A DNA stretch of 64,000 bases from Microcoleus sp. (GTDB taxonomy: Bacteria > Cyanobacteriota > Cyanobacteriia > Cyanobacteriales > Microcoleaceae). Of the stretch, positions 37,080 to 46,506 are shown in pieces; position 1 is the stretch's first letter, and each line of letters opens with the position of its first letter. The DNA is taken from NCBI GenBank assembly GCA_052279835.1, contig CP181291.1:3648001-3712000 (forward strand), in the 5' to 3' direction. The notes under the pieces were generated by a model. It made no database searches. It was given only the letters and a program-made list of their open reading frames with translations, and was not told the origin of the DNA. The position numbers were made by a program, and so were the translations under genes.

Positions 37080-38297
37080 TCAGACAAATTTGTACGTAAA
37101 TTCACAGGTAAAGTCCACTCTTCCTTTCCGTAATATTGCGGGGTCTAGTCTTTCTGTCGTATTGCACGTCATCAAAACTACGAGTTTTTGCTGAAATTGA
37201 ATACCATGTTCATCTATGACACTTTGATACAAAGTTCCATCCAGCAAACTCAGAATATGTTCCGTTTTATTACTGCGTTGGGCTGAAACAGTCGATCGAT
37301 CCTGGGCCAAATTATCAGCTTCATTGATAATAATACAAATCCGCTCTAAATAACTAGGTGGCACAAAATTTTCCACAGCATCGTGGTCTAAGATAAAAAT
37401 CACATAACCAAGGGGGACTAAAATTTCCTTAGCCACGGCTTGGGTCCAGGCAGTTTTGCCAGTCCCTGGTGCGCCGCTGACCAGAACAGCCAACTGATTT
37501 TGGTCAAGAATTGCCTGCTGAACACTATCTGTAAAACTTTGAACATCGGCTGGAAAAGTCCGAATTTGATACTGACTATTCACCTGTCCAACGCGACTTT
37601 TGTATCCACTCAGAATCACTGCTAAATTGTAAGTTGCTTTCCTGACCAGTGGTGCAATGTTTTGGCAAATTAGAGTGTAGCGCCGCTTTCCCCTATCGTA
37701 GCTGTCTATTTGTAACCAGCAGGATGCGTCTGTCCAATAAGCATAAACACTACCCAAAACTTCCAAGCGTTCCCAGCTCGTAAATCGTTCCGGGGGATAG
37801 GAAAAATTTCTGTCCATAAATACCTGGGTAATGGCATCGGGCTTCCCCAGCAAATCCAGAATTTTGAAAATAGTAATTTCTTGGAGTTTGTTGAGAACAT
37901 ATTCGATGGGAATGCTGGCGCGACTGACTAATTGTACCACTGGTGTTTCGGTGGTTAGTACATCTTGGAAGCGATAATTTGGGTAAACTTGCTGGGGAGT
38001 AATGTAATCCCAGAATTCGTCAATTTCGTAACGAGTATTTTCCGAAAATACATTTAAGATATTGGCAAACCAACTATATTGATGTCGTCCCATTGCATCG
38101 GCAATATCGCTGGCTATATCTAAGGTTTTTTGAGTTAATTCCTTGGGGTCTGTCGCCACTAAATGCAGGAAGTGTTCCCACTCAAATTGTCGATATAGAG
38201 GTTGCCAGCCCGCTCCTAGCAAGCCTCGATTTTGAGGAGTCTTTTGAGTGTAATTGTTGTCGTAATCGTTCATATGTATTGGCTTTTTGATTGTCAA
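37080..38297 (-). CDS. AAA+ ATPase with a C-terminal BCS1-like AAA domain
   Basis: GAPGTGKT; IIINEAD; TCNTTERLDPAILRKGRVD. Confidence 0.8.
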   Translation of the reverse strand: MTIKKPIHMNDYDNNYTQKTPQNRGLLGAGWQPLYRQFEWEHFLHLVATDPKELTQKTLDIASDIADAMGRHQYSWFANILNVFSENTRYEIDEFWDYITPQQVYPNYRFQDVLTTETPVVQLVSRASIPIEYVLNKLQEITIFKILDLLGKPDAITQVFMDRNFSYPPERFTSWERLEVLGSVYAYWTDASCWLQIDSYDRGKRRYTLICQNIAPLVRKATYNLAVILSGYKSRVGQVNSQYQIRTFPADVQSFTDSVQQAILDQNQLAVLVSGAPGTGKTAWTQAVAKEILVPLGYVIFILDHDAVENFVPPSYLERICIIINEADNLAQDRSTVSAQRSNKTEHILSLLDGTLYQSVIDEHGIQFQQKLVVLMTCNTTERLDPAILRKGRVDFTCEFTYKFV

Positions 38298-38361
38298 TGA
38301 TGTTTTTTTGGATGTTTTAAATTCAATTTTTTCCCACTAAAATCTCGCAATTAACGGTTTG

Positions 38362-38910
38362 CTAATTGTTGATTATTAGATATTTGGGTGGAACAAAATC
38401 AACTAGCCACACTGCATTATCTGAACAGTAAAATGTGTAGCCATCCCCGTGCATTGCTGCGGTGTCTACAATTAAAACTGCTGGTATGCCGTGTCTGGCA
38501 CCGACTCGGCGCGCCGTTTCAATTGCCGTTGATAAATGAACGTGATGGCGAGACATTTTTCTAATTCCTTCCTTGAGAATAGACTCGACTGCACTGGTAG
38601 TAGTTCCGTGATACAAAGTATCGGGAGGAATGGCTGGTTCTAATTCTAAATCAATCTCTATACTGTGTCCTTGATTCGCACGAATCATCGTCCCTGTGTG
38701 GTCAAAGGAAAAGCGTTGTTTATCGTTTTGCTCTACTACTTCTTGCAGTTGATTAATCTGAATGGGAAAGTTATGTTTTTGGCAAGCATCGAGGAGTTCG
38801 CTCACAGGAACCCAGCCACCGGAAGCGAGTTGAATGCCGATGCGTTCGGGTGTGTGTCGCAGGTGCTTACTGAGATATTTGCTGATTTTAACTAGCCGTG
38901 AATTGTTCAT
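38362..38910 (-). CDS. kptA: RNA 2'-phosphotransferase (Tpt1/KptA)
   Basis: LRH, NDKQRF, IRANQGHS, LYHGT, RHHVHLS. Confidence 0.95.
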   Translation of the reverse strand: MNNSRLVKISKYLSKHLRHTPERIGIQLASGGWVPVSELLDACQKHNFPIQINQLQEVVEQNDKQRFSFDHTGTMIRANQGHSIEIDLELEPAIPPDTLYHGTTTSAVESILKEGIRKMSRHHVHLSTAIETARRVGARHGIPAVLIVDTAAMHGDGYTFYCSDNAVWLVDFVPPKYLIINN

Positions 38911-39539
38911 TTAGTTGTTTTTATGTTTAGGCTCGGTTTAGGGTTGGAAGGAAACTGGTTGATCTCAGGTGGAGTGACATGATTCGAGCTGTTAATATTT
39001 TGAATGTCATTGTATATTTTTCTTAACTTATCGTGATTGACTTTTTTATTTAGGCTTCGTTTGTGTATCTAAATTCACAGATATTTTTTCTCAATATGTT
39101 AATCTTCTAGTTCCTCAATACTTTGTTATCTAAACCTCAACACATTGTATTATATATATAATACAACAAAGATACACCTCTGTCAAGGTGTAGAAAAAAA
39201 ATGATGAAAATTGCTACCGATAGGAAGATGCGCCATGGATTACTCCAGCAGCATAAATTATTTATCAAGAATCAATACTTCTGTATTGAGTGCGGGAATT
39301 ACACAAAAAACACCAAAAATCTCAGCAGGCGCTGAGATTGCACAGGGAATAATAACAGTAGGCAACGATGGAGGGGATAGTTATATAATTGATGTGACTC
39401 CAGACTAGGGGCGACTAGGGAGTCCCGTTGAAAATCAAAATCTAGCAAGTATTGCACTCCCAGGCGCGGTAAAAAAAACAGGGGTAATGTCTGTGGGTGT
39501 GAGTGAATAAGGTGTTAGCTATCAGGGAAAAAAACAGCA

Positions 39540-42261
39540 ATGAATATCAAAAAGCAGATTCAGGCTCAAACAGAATTCACAAAACAGGATAGAGTCGATC
39601 GCGATGGCATTAATATTGCCAAAGGCATAGACTCATCTATTCAAGAATGTTTAGATTTGAAAGTAGCGATCGACCGCTCGGCATTGGCGGTAAGAACAGA
39701 TGGGAACGGAATTATCAATTACGTGAGCGATCGAGTTTGCTCGATTTCTCAATATCTGCGAAGCGAACTAATCGGTTGTCACTTTGGTATCCTCCATTCG
39801 GAAGATCAATCTTCGGTATTAATGAGAAATTTGCGGTCAACGGTGACAAAAAGTGAAGTTTGGCAAGGGGAAATTAAAAATCAAACCAAAGATGGCACTG
39901 ATTATTGGGTACATGGAGTAATAGTTCCGTTCCTGGATTTTCAAGGAAAACCTTATCAGTATTTAGCGATCGGATTCGACATCACAAACCACAAAACCGA
40001 GGAAGCAGCACTAGCCCAACTCAACCGCGCCAAAGATGAATTTTTGGGAATCGCTTCCCACGAACTGCGATCGCCCCTGAGCGCCATTTTGGGATGGGTG
40101 CAACTAGCGCGATCGCGGAAATTAAACGAAGCGACTACCACTAGGGCTTTGGAAATAATCGAGCGCAACGCCAAGATACAAAACCAGCAAATAGACAATC
40201 TCCTAGATCTGTCGCGGCTGCTGCGAGGTCAAGTACGGCTCAACATGGTTCGAGTCCACCTCCCATCAGCGATCGAATCGGCGATCGACATTCTCCATCC
40301 CGCAGCAGATGCCAAAAACATCCAAATAGAAAAATCTTTCGATCCCGCCATCGACTATTTTTTGGGAGATGCAGAAACGCTTGCAGCAAATAATCTGGAA
40401 TTTGCTTTCCAACGCGATCAAATTTACCCCGAAATCGGCGGCGGGGGTAGTTCAAATCATGATGGAGTCTGTCCCGTCGGGGGTGCTGATTCAAGTCAGG
40501 GATAGGGGTTGCGGGATCGATGCCAAATTGTTGCCCCACATTTTTGACTACTTCCGCCCCGGAGATAACTGGAATAGCAAGGAACAAAACCGTCTGGGTT
40601 TGGGGCTGTCGATTGTACGCCAGTTGGTGGAACTCCACGGAGGAACTGTGTGGGCTTCGAGTCCTGGTATTGGTGAGGGGGCGACCTTTGGGGTGCAGCT
40701 ACCCATGGTCAATCACCAGAATGTACCAGACGATCGCCTTGGTGCGATCGGTAACAGGAAAAATAAAGACTCATTAGTTCCCCAAGCCTTAGCCGGAAAG
40801 CAAGTGCTGCTGGTGAAGGATAGCGCCGAGAGCGGGGAATATTTGATTTCTGCCTTGGAAGCCTTGGGAGCAAAGGTAACAGCAGTCCGTAGCGTCCCGG
40901 AAGTAATGGCAGAGTTAGCAAAATCATGGCCTGACGTGTTGGTAAGCGATTTGGCGATACCGGAAGCAGAGGGCTGGGATTTGATTCGTCGCGTCAGAGC
41001 CCTGGAAATTTCTGAGCGCAGGGAATTGCTACCGGCGGTGGCGCTGACTGCGGGTGTGGCGGAAGATGATGCAACATGGGCTCAGAAAGCGGGTTTTCAG
41101 AAACATTTGTCCAAGCCGGTGGAACTCAATCAGTTGGTGGGTGCGATCGTTCAACTGGCGGGACTCAAGGGATTTGGCAACTCCCCCTGGAGTCGGGAAA
41201 ATGTCACAGCGATCGCGTCGGAATGCCTTCTAGCTGGAACCCATAGCTCGCAGTCGCCAAAAAACGCAGCCGAATATGTCGATGACTGCCGAGAGTTACC
41301 GCTGTTACTGCTAGTAGAAGACAACTATTTTTTGCTGGCTTACTTGCAAACTTTACTCACTCCTCATTACCGAGTCGCTGTGGCGCGGGACGGAGTAGAA
41401 GGTTTAGAAACTGCCAAAACATTGCGACCCAATTTAATTATCAGCGACCAAATAATGCCCCGACAAGACGGGTTGCATTTACTGAAAGAAATTCGGAATA
41501 CAGCAGAATTGAGTTCAACTCCGGTCATTTTTTTGACAGCTCGCACGGGGATGGAAGCTCGGATTGAAAGTTTGGATGCTGGTGCGGATGATTATATTTC
41601 TAAGCCTTTTGATGAAAGAGAATTACTGGCGAGGGTGAGAAATTTGTTGCGATCGCACGCGGCGGAACAGCAGTTGGTAGCGCTCAACCGTCAGTTGCTG
41701 GAGCAAAAACAGCAGTTAGAAACGGTGAATGAAGCCTTGCATTATTTAGCAACCTATGACAGTTTAACTCAGGTAAAAAATCGTCGGTGTTTTAATGAAT
41801 ATCTCGATACTGAATGGCGGCGTTTGGCGAGGGAAGAAGCTACGCTGTCTTTGATTATGTGCGATATCGATTATTTCAAGCTGTACAACGATACCTACGG
41901 CCACCAAGCGGGGGATGAATGTTTGCGACGAGTGGCTACTGTGCTTCAGTGTTCGGTAAAACGTTCTGCTGATTTAGTGGCGCGTTACGGTGGCGAAGAA
42001 TTTGTAGTAGTTTTGCCGAATACGGATATTCAAGGTGCTGCTTGCGTGGCGGAATTTATCCGTGAAGAAGTGCGGAATTTGCAGATAGTTCACGCTAAGT
42101 CTGCTGTTAGCGAATATGTGACGCTGAGTTTGGGTGTTGCTTGCTGTATTCCCGCACCGATGTCGCAGTCTGGGACGCTGATTGCGATCGCAGATGAGGC
42201 ACTTTATCGAGCTAAAAAAGCTGGGCGCGATCGGGTATCAGTTGCCTCTTTTCCAGAATAG
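39540..42261 (+). pseudogene. PAS-HisKA-HATPase-REC-REC-GGDEF hybrid kinase/diguanylate cyclase with a 1-bp frameshift (pseudogene or sequencing error)
   Basis: SHELRSPL in ORF 39540; an extra A in GAT GCA GAA A CGC (40375-40377) splits GDAE|RLQQIIWNLLSNAIKFT; two REC domains and RYGGEEF follow. Confidence 0.85.
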
Positions 42262-42349
42262 TCTCTGGTTTTTTGTTGGTTGAGAGACCTGGGCTTAAAA
42301 AAGGTGTTTTTACCTATTGATTTTTGGTGTTTTTTGGTTTATATTTTAG

Positions 42350-42399
42350 ATAATGGGAGTGGTGACAAAAATAATTATTTTTGTCACCACTCCCATTAT
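42350..42399. repeat. Perfect 50-bp palindrome with no spacer
   Basis: ATAATGGGAGTGGTGACAAAAATAA|TTATTTTTGTCACCACTCCCATTAT. Confidence 0.9.
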
Positions 42400-42621
42400 T
42401 AGATGATACCTAATTAACTAGGAATTGTCAACCTTTTAACCTTCAAAAAAAGGGCGATTTTTTTTAATTATTATCAAATAAAATATCGTGAAATGAGTTA
42501 AGTAGAAATAGAAACAAAAGAAGAGGCGATGGATAGTCAAAGCTAGAGTTGTGGCGAAGCAGAGCCAACTTGAGTGAAGGCGCAAATTAGCTGGCAACCA
42601 CATAACAAATTATCACGAATT

Positions 42622-42665
42622 TGTCCTCTAATGTACGAAATGTAAGGAATGTACGGAATGTCATA
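42622..42665 (+). promoter_or_regulatory. Phased AATGT array (9-bp period) upstream of the protease-TPR gene
   Basis: TGT at 42622, 42632, 42641, 42650 and 42659. Confidence 0.5.
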
Positions 42666-42770
42666 AAAAGGGCGATCGCGGGAAAATTTCGAGTAGATTG
42701 ATTTTTCCCACAATCGATTTTCATCTATACTATTTGGAGTATAAAAAATCTTAGTCTTCAGCGATCGTCT

Positions 42771-44283
42771 ATGAATAGAGATTATTCGCGGTTTGATTCC
42801 CTCACCAGCATCCTAGCAGGAACGGTAACGGTAGCAGGAATAGTCGTCTTTGCAGCAGCACCAGTTTTCGCTATGTCTTCCCCAGAAATAGCCAAACTAG
42901 CTGAATCAGTCACCGTTCAAATCAATGGTAAATCTCCAAATATGGTGAGTAGCGGGACTGGATTTATTATTGCTAAACAAGGCACGACTTACACTGTACT
43001 GACAGCTAACCACGTTGTTACTGATACTAAATTTACTTATACAATTCGCAGTTTCTACGGGAAAAGATTATCAAGTAACCCGTAGTGTACTATTGCAAAA
43101 AGGGCAGAATGCTCCCGATTTAGCAGTAGTAACATTTAACAGTGCAGAATCTTATCCTGTTGTAACTTTAGGCGATTCCGAACAAGCGGCAGTTGGTACA
43201 GGAATTTTTGTGTTTGGATATCCAGCTAATGTAGCCCAACAAAAATACGGAACTCAGCGCAATTTTGAGTTTGTACCGGGTTATGTTACCAGCCGTCTCC
43301 CGAATCATCCGCGCGGTTATACTTTGCGCTACAATGCTGTTACGAAAGGGGGCATGAGTGGAGGGCCTGTATTTGATGCAGAAGGGCGTGTAGTTGGGAT
43401 TCACGGAGAGGGCGATCTCGATTTTGATGATGTCACAGATACCGACAGAACAGTTATCACAGGTAAAGTTGCTACTAAAACAGGGTTTAATGCAGCTATT
43501 CCTATTAACACTTTTATCGCTAAATTGTCGGATGCAGGATTAAATCGTTCTGCTATTTTGGTGAATACTTCAACCGCCACTAATGCACCTCTAAAACTGA
43601 ACAATCCCAATGATGCTAAGACTTATTATGTTCGCGGTTTAAGTCGGTTTGACAAGGGAGATTTGTCAGGTGCTGTGGCGGATTTTACCCAAGCGATTCA
43701 AACTCAATCGGATTATGTAGAAGCTTATTTCTATCGGGGACTGGCTTATTTTGATCTGAGACAAATGCCAAAAAGTATCGCTGATTATAGCAAGGCGATC
43801 GCCCTTAATGCCAGTTATGTTGACGCTTACTACAATCGGGGGCTGGTTTTGTCGGCGATGGGAGATAAACCAGGGGCGATCGCCGATTATACTCAAGTCA
43901 TCCGCTTGGATCGAAACTCTGCGGCGGCTTACAACAACCGAGGATTGGCGCTTTCAGAATTAGGCGATCAAAAAGGGGCGATCGACGATTTCAATCAAGC
44001 GCTGCAAATCAATCCCGGTCGCGCTAACACTTATTTTAACAGGGGATTGGCGCTATTTCGCATCAATAACGATCGCTCTGCCCTAGCTGATTATACGCAA
44101 GCAATTCAACTCAATCCCAGTTATGCCAAGGCTTTTGCTAACCGAGGAATTACGTTAGTGAGAATGGGAGATAGACAAGGGGCGATCGCCGATTTGCAGC
44201 AAGCGGCTCGTTTATTTAGGGCTCAAGGAATGAATGCTGATGCTCAAAAAGCATTAGATTTGATTGGTCAATTGCAAAGGTAG
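42771..44283 (+). pseudogene. Secreted trypsin-like serine protease + TPR repeats with a 1-bp frameshift (pseudogene or sequencing error)
   Basis: SGTGFII, LTANHVV | DLAVV, GMSGGPV, then TPRs; an extra T in AGTTTCT (43052-43054) breaks YTIRSSTGKDY. Confidence 0.85.
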
Positions 44284-44327
44284 TAAATCCTCTGATATAA
44301 TATTATCCAGGATACAGAAGAAATTCT

Positions 44328-44594
44328 ATGGTCAAGCCAATCTACTTTTCAACTCATGCCAGAGAGCGAATGCTGCTCCGAGGTGCGATCGAGAATGAGG
44401 TGATTATTGCCATTCGTTCGGGCAACTGGCAACCAGCCAAGCAAGGTAAGTTTTCAGCCCGCGCTCAATTTGATTTCAGCAATCAATCTCCCATTAATCA
44501 ACAGTTTTACGCTTACAAAGCTGTTAAGTCAATTTTTACAGATGCACCGGAAAAAATTGTAGTAGTGACAGTAAACGTCTATTACTTTAACTAA
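44328..44594 (+). CDS. DUF4258-type toxin-like protein
   Basis: FSTHARERMLLRG...IVVVTV. Confidence 0.7.
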   Translation: MVKPIYFSTHARERMLLRGAIENEVIIAIRSGNWQPAKQGKFSARAQFDFSNQSPINQQFYAYKAVKSIFTDAPEKIVVVTVNVYYFN

Positions 44595-44608
44595 AAGGAT
44601 TCAATCAT

Positions 44609-44851
44609 ATGAGAATACGATACGATCGAGAAGTTGATGCTCTCTACATAGAGTTACTGTTATTAGCACCTGGAACAGCGGAAAATAGAGAATTGACTGA
44701 AGACATTATTGCTGATTACAGTCCTGACGGCAAACTGGCTGGACTAGAAATTCTTGATGCTTCGCAAGTTTTGGGGGAACACCTAAAAGAAATCATTGTC
44801 GAAGATGCTTCGGTTGGTGTCATTCATCAACTGGCTCTTTTGATGAAGTGA
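44609..44851 (+). CDS. DUF2283 family protein (antitoxin-like)
   Basis: MRIRYDREVDALYI...DGKLAGLEILDAS. Confidence 0.85.
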   Translation: MRIRYDREVDALYIELLLLAPGTAENRELTEDIIADYSPDGKLAGLEILDASQVLGEHLKEIIVEDASVGVIHQLALLMK

Positions 44852-45037
44852 GAATTCCCGAATTTATGCACGGCTTCTATTACGAAACAGGACACAGCAG
44901 TGCTGTGTCCCTACCGAATATCCGTATGACGATCGATCAGCATTTCAGTCCTTTTCAAAGGACTTTAGCTATGAGACGGGGGTTTAAACCCCCGTCGGAC
45001 CCGACAACCAACGCGAGAATTAATATTACTATTTCCC

Positions 45038-45817
45038 CTAAAACCTCACCGTCACCAAAATCACCCGCCGAGGCTGATTTTCCGCTTCAATAGTATACTC
45101 AACCCGCCCAAAACCTCTCGGCCCCGGTTCAACTAAATCGTAGCGAGATGTCACCGTACCGGCGGCTGTATCGTATTGAGCAAAAACAGCACCCGGATTC
45201 CTCCCCGCAGACGCATCCGCATCCCCTCCCCAAGAACCAAAATCATCCAAGCGCGATCGCGTTGGTAAGACAGAAGCTGCGATTTCTGGAGGTGTTAATC
45301 TTTGATCGGCTAAGACTTGTTGAGCGTTATGAATAGCGCACATTGTCGGCCCAGAAATTTTGGCATCGCTATATTGATCTTCCCACTTTTGCACGAAGCC
45401 AAAACCCACATTCGGGCCGACTTTATCCTGTCTTTGCCGCCCCCACAGCCGACTGGTATCTGATGCAAAATTAGAACCGCTGCCAGTTACGGCTAATTCG
45501 GTTCTTTTGCTGGTAAAATTGCGGTTGACAAATTCTTTGTCTGCGGTGCGAATGGCGTTAGCGGCTGCTGGTTCTACTTTAGTGCTAACATTACTATTGC
45601 CTTGTATGATGGGTGAGAGAACGCCGGGGATGGGTTGTGCTCCGCAATGTTTTTGAATGCCGTTAAAAACGCGATCGGCTGATAAGGCACTAATCGGAAA
45701 TTCTAGGGAATAAGCCTCGGCGGGTTTGGGAAAAAAGATGCCAGATGTGGCGGAAGCAGCAAAAGAAGCGCCACCCCAGATGACGATCCGATTAAATTGA
45801 CGGCGGCTAATACTCAT
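45038..45817 (-). CDS. Hypothetical Tat-exported protein
   Basis: N-terminal SRRQF twin-arginine motif and an AEA cleavage-like site. Confidence 0.7.
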   Translation of the reverse strand: MSISRRQFNRIVIWGGASFAASATSGIFFPKPAEAYSLEFPISALSADRVFNGIQKHCGAQPIPGVLSPIIQGNSNVSTKVEPAAANAIRTADKEFVNRNFTSKRTELAVTGSGSNFASDTSRLWGRQRQDKVGPNVGFGFVQKWEDQYSDAKISGPTMCAIHNAQQVLADQRLTPPEIAASVLPTRSRLDDFGSWGGDADASAGRNPGAVFAQYDTAAGTVTSRYDLVEPGPRGFGRVEYTIEAENQPRRVILVTVRF

Positions 45818-45820
45818 AAT

Positions 45821-46351
45821 TTATCGACTCCCTGGAGAGCTTGCCCCCGGTACAATATGAAATTTGAAGAAGAAGTAAGACCTGTTATTACAATTTTTTT
45901 CTGTGGAACAAGTGATATCAAGAGACAAACTTTTACCATTACTAATATCTTCCAGCATTGTATTGATCCTCCCAGGCTTCCCAACCTGAGAACCTACTTG
46001 ATTTCCATCTACATAAACCTCGATTTTTGGTGGTGAAATCTCACTGCGATCGTCAACTCCATACTCCAATCGGAGAGAAGCACGACCGCCTGGAAGTTTA
46101 CAAGTCCAACTAGCCTCGCGTACACTCATAATACTGGTGTATATCTGTCTGCCTATAACAATGTCTGTAGGCTTCCTCTCAAAATATTGTAGATTGCCCC
46201 AATTGTTAAGATAACCCCCTGTAACAAGACATTGCAGGTCGAGTATATGGAGCGGCCGCTGGGCCTGTGCCACTTGTGCGCCAACCGTCCCTAACATCAC
46301 ACATAACATCCCAGCGAGGAACAAACCACTGAGCCACCGCACTCGTTTCAT
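45821..46351 (-). CDS. Hypothetical Sec-exported beta-sandwich protein (NPCBM-like)
   Basis: Signal peptide ending AQA; LEYGVDD...IEVYVDGNQV...DISNGKSLSLDI. Confidence 0.6.
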   Translation of the reverse strand: MKRVRWLSGLFLAGMLCVMLGTVGAQVAQAQRPLHILDLQCLVTGGYLNNWGNLQYFERKPTDIVIGRQIYTSIMSVREASWTCKLPGGRASLRLEYGVDDRSEISPPKIEVYVDGNQVGSQVGKPGRINTMLEDISNGKSLSLDITCSTEKNCNNRSYFFFKFHIVPGASSPGSR

Positions 46352-46440
46352 ATAAAATATCCTCTCAACACCTTAATGAATTAATATAAAGGATGAGCTG
46401 TGTAGGAAAAGTCCTGACTTTGAACAGATGACAAAATCAA

Positions 46441-46474
46441 AAATGTCACAATTGTACGAAATGTTAGCTATAAT
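46441..46474 (+). promoter_or_regulatory. -10 box preceded by phased TGT triplets (9-bp period)
   Basis: AAA-TGT-CACAAT-TGT-ACGAAA-TGT-TAGC-TATAAT, 32 nt before ATG 46507; the same TGT-nAGC-TATAAT junction occurs at 26770-26782. Confidence 0.6.
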
Positions 46475-46506
46475 GAATGGCGTAAACTCCAGCTTTTCCC
46501 TAATGT

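Noticed and set aside
39400..39540. c-di-GMP riboswitch upstream of the GGDEF hybrid gene
   Set aside because: I could not identify the GEMM consensus elements by eye; an Infernal/Rfam scan would be needed.
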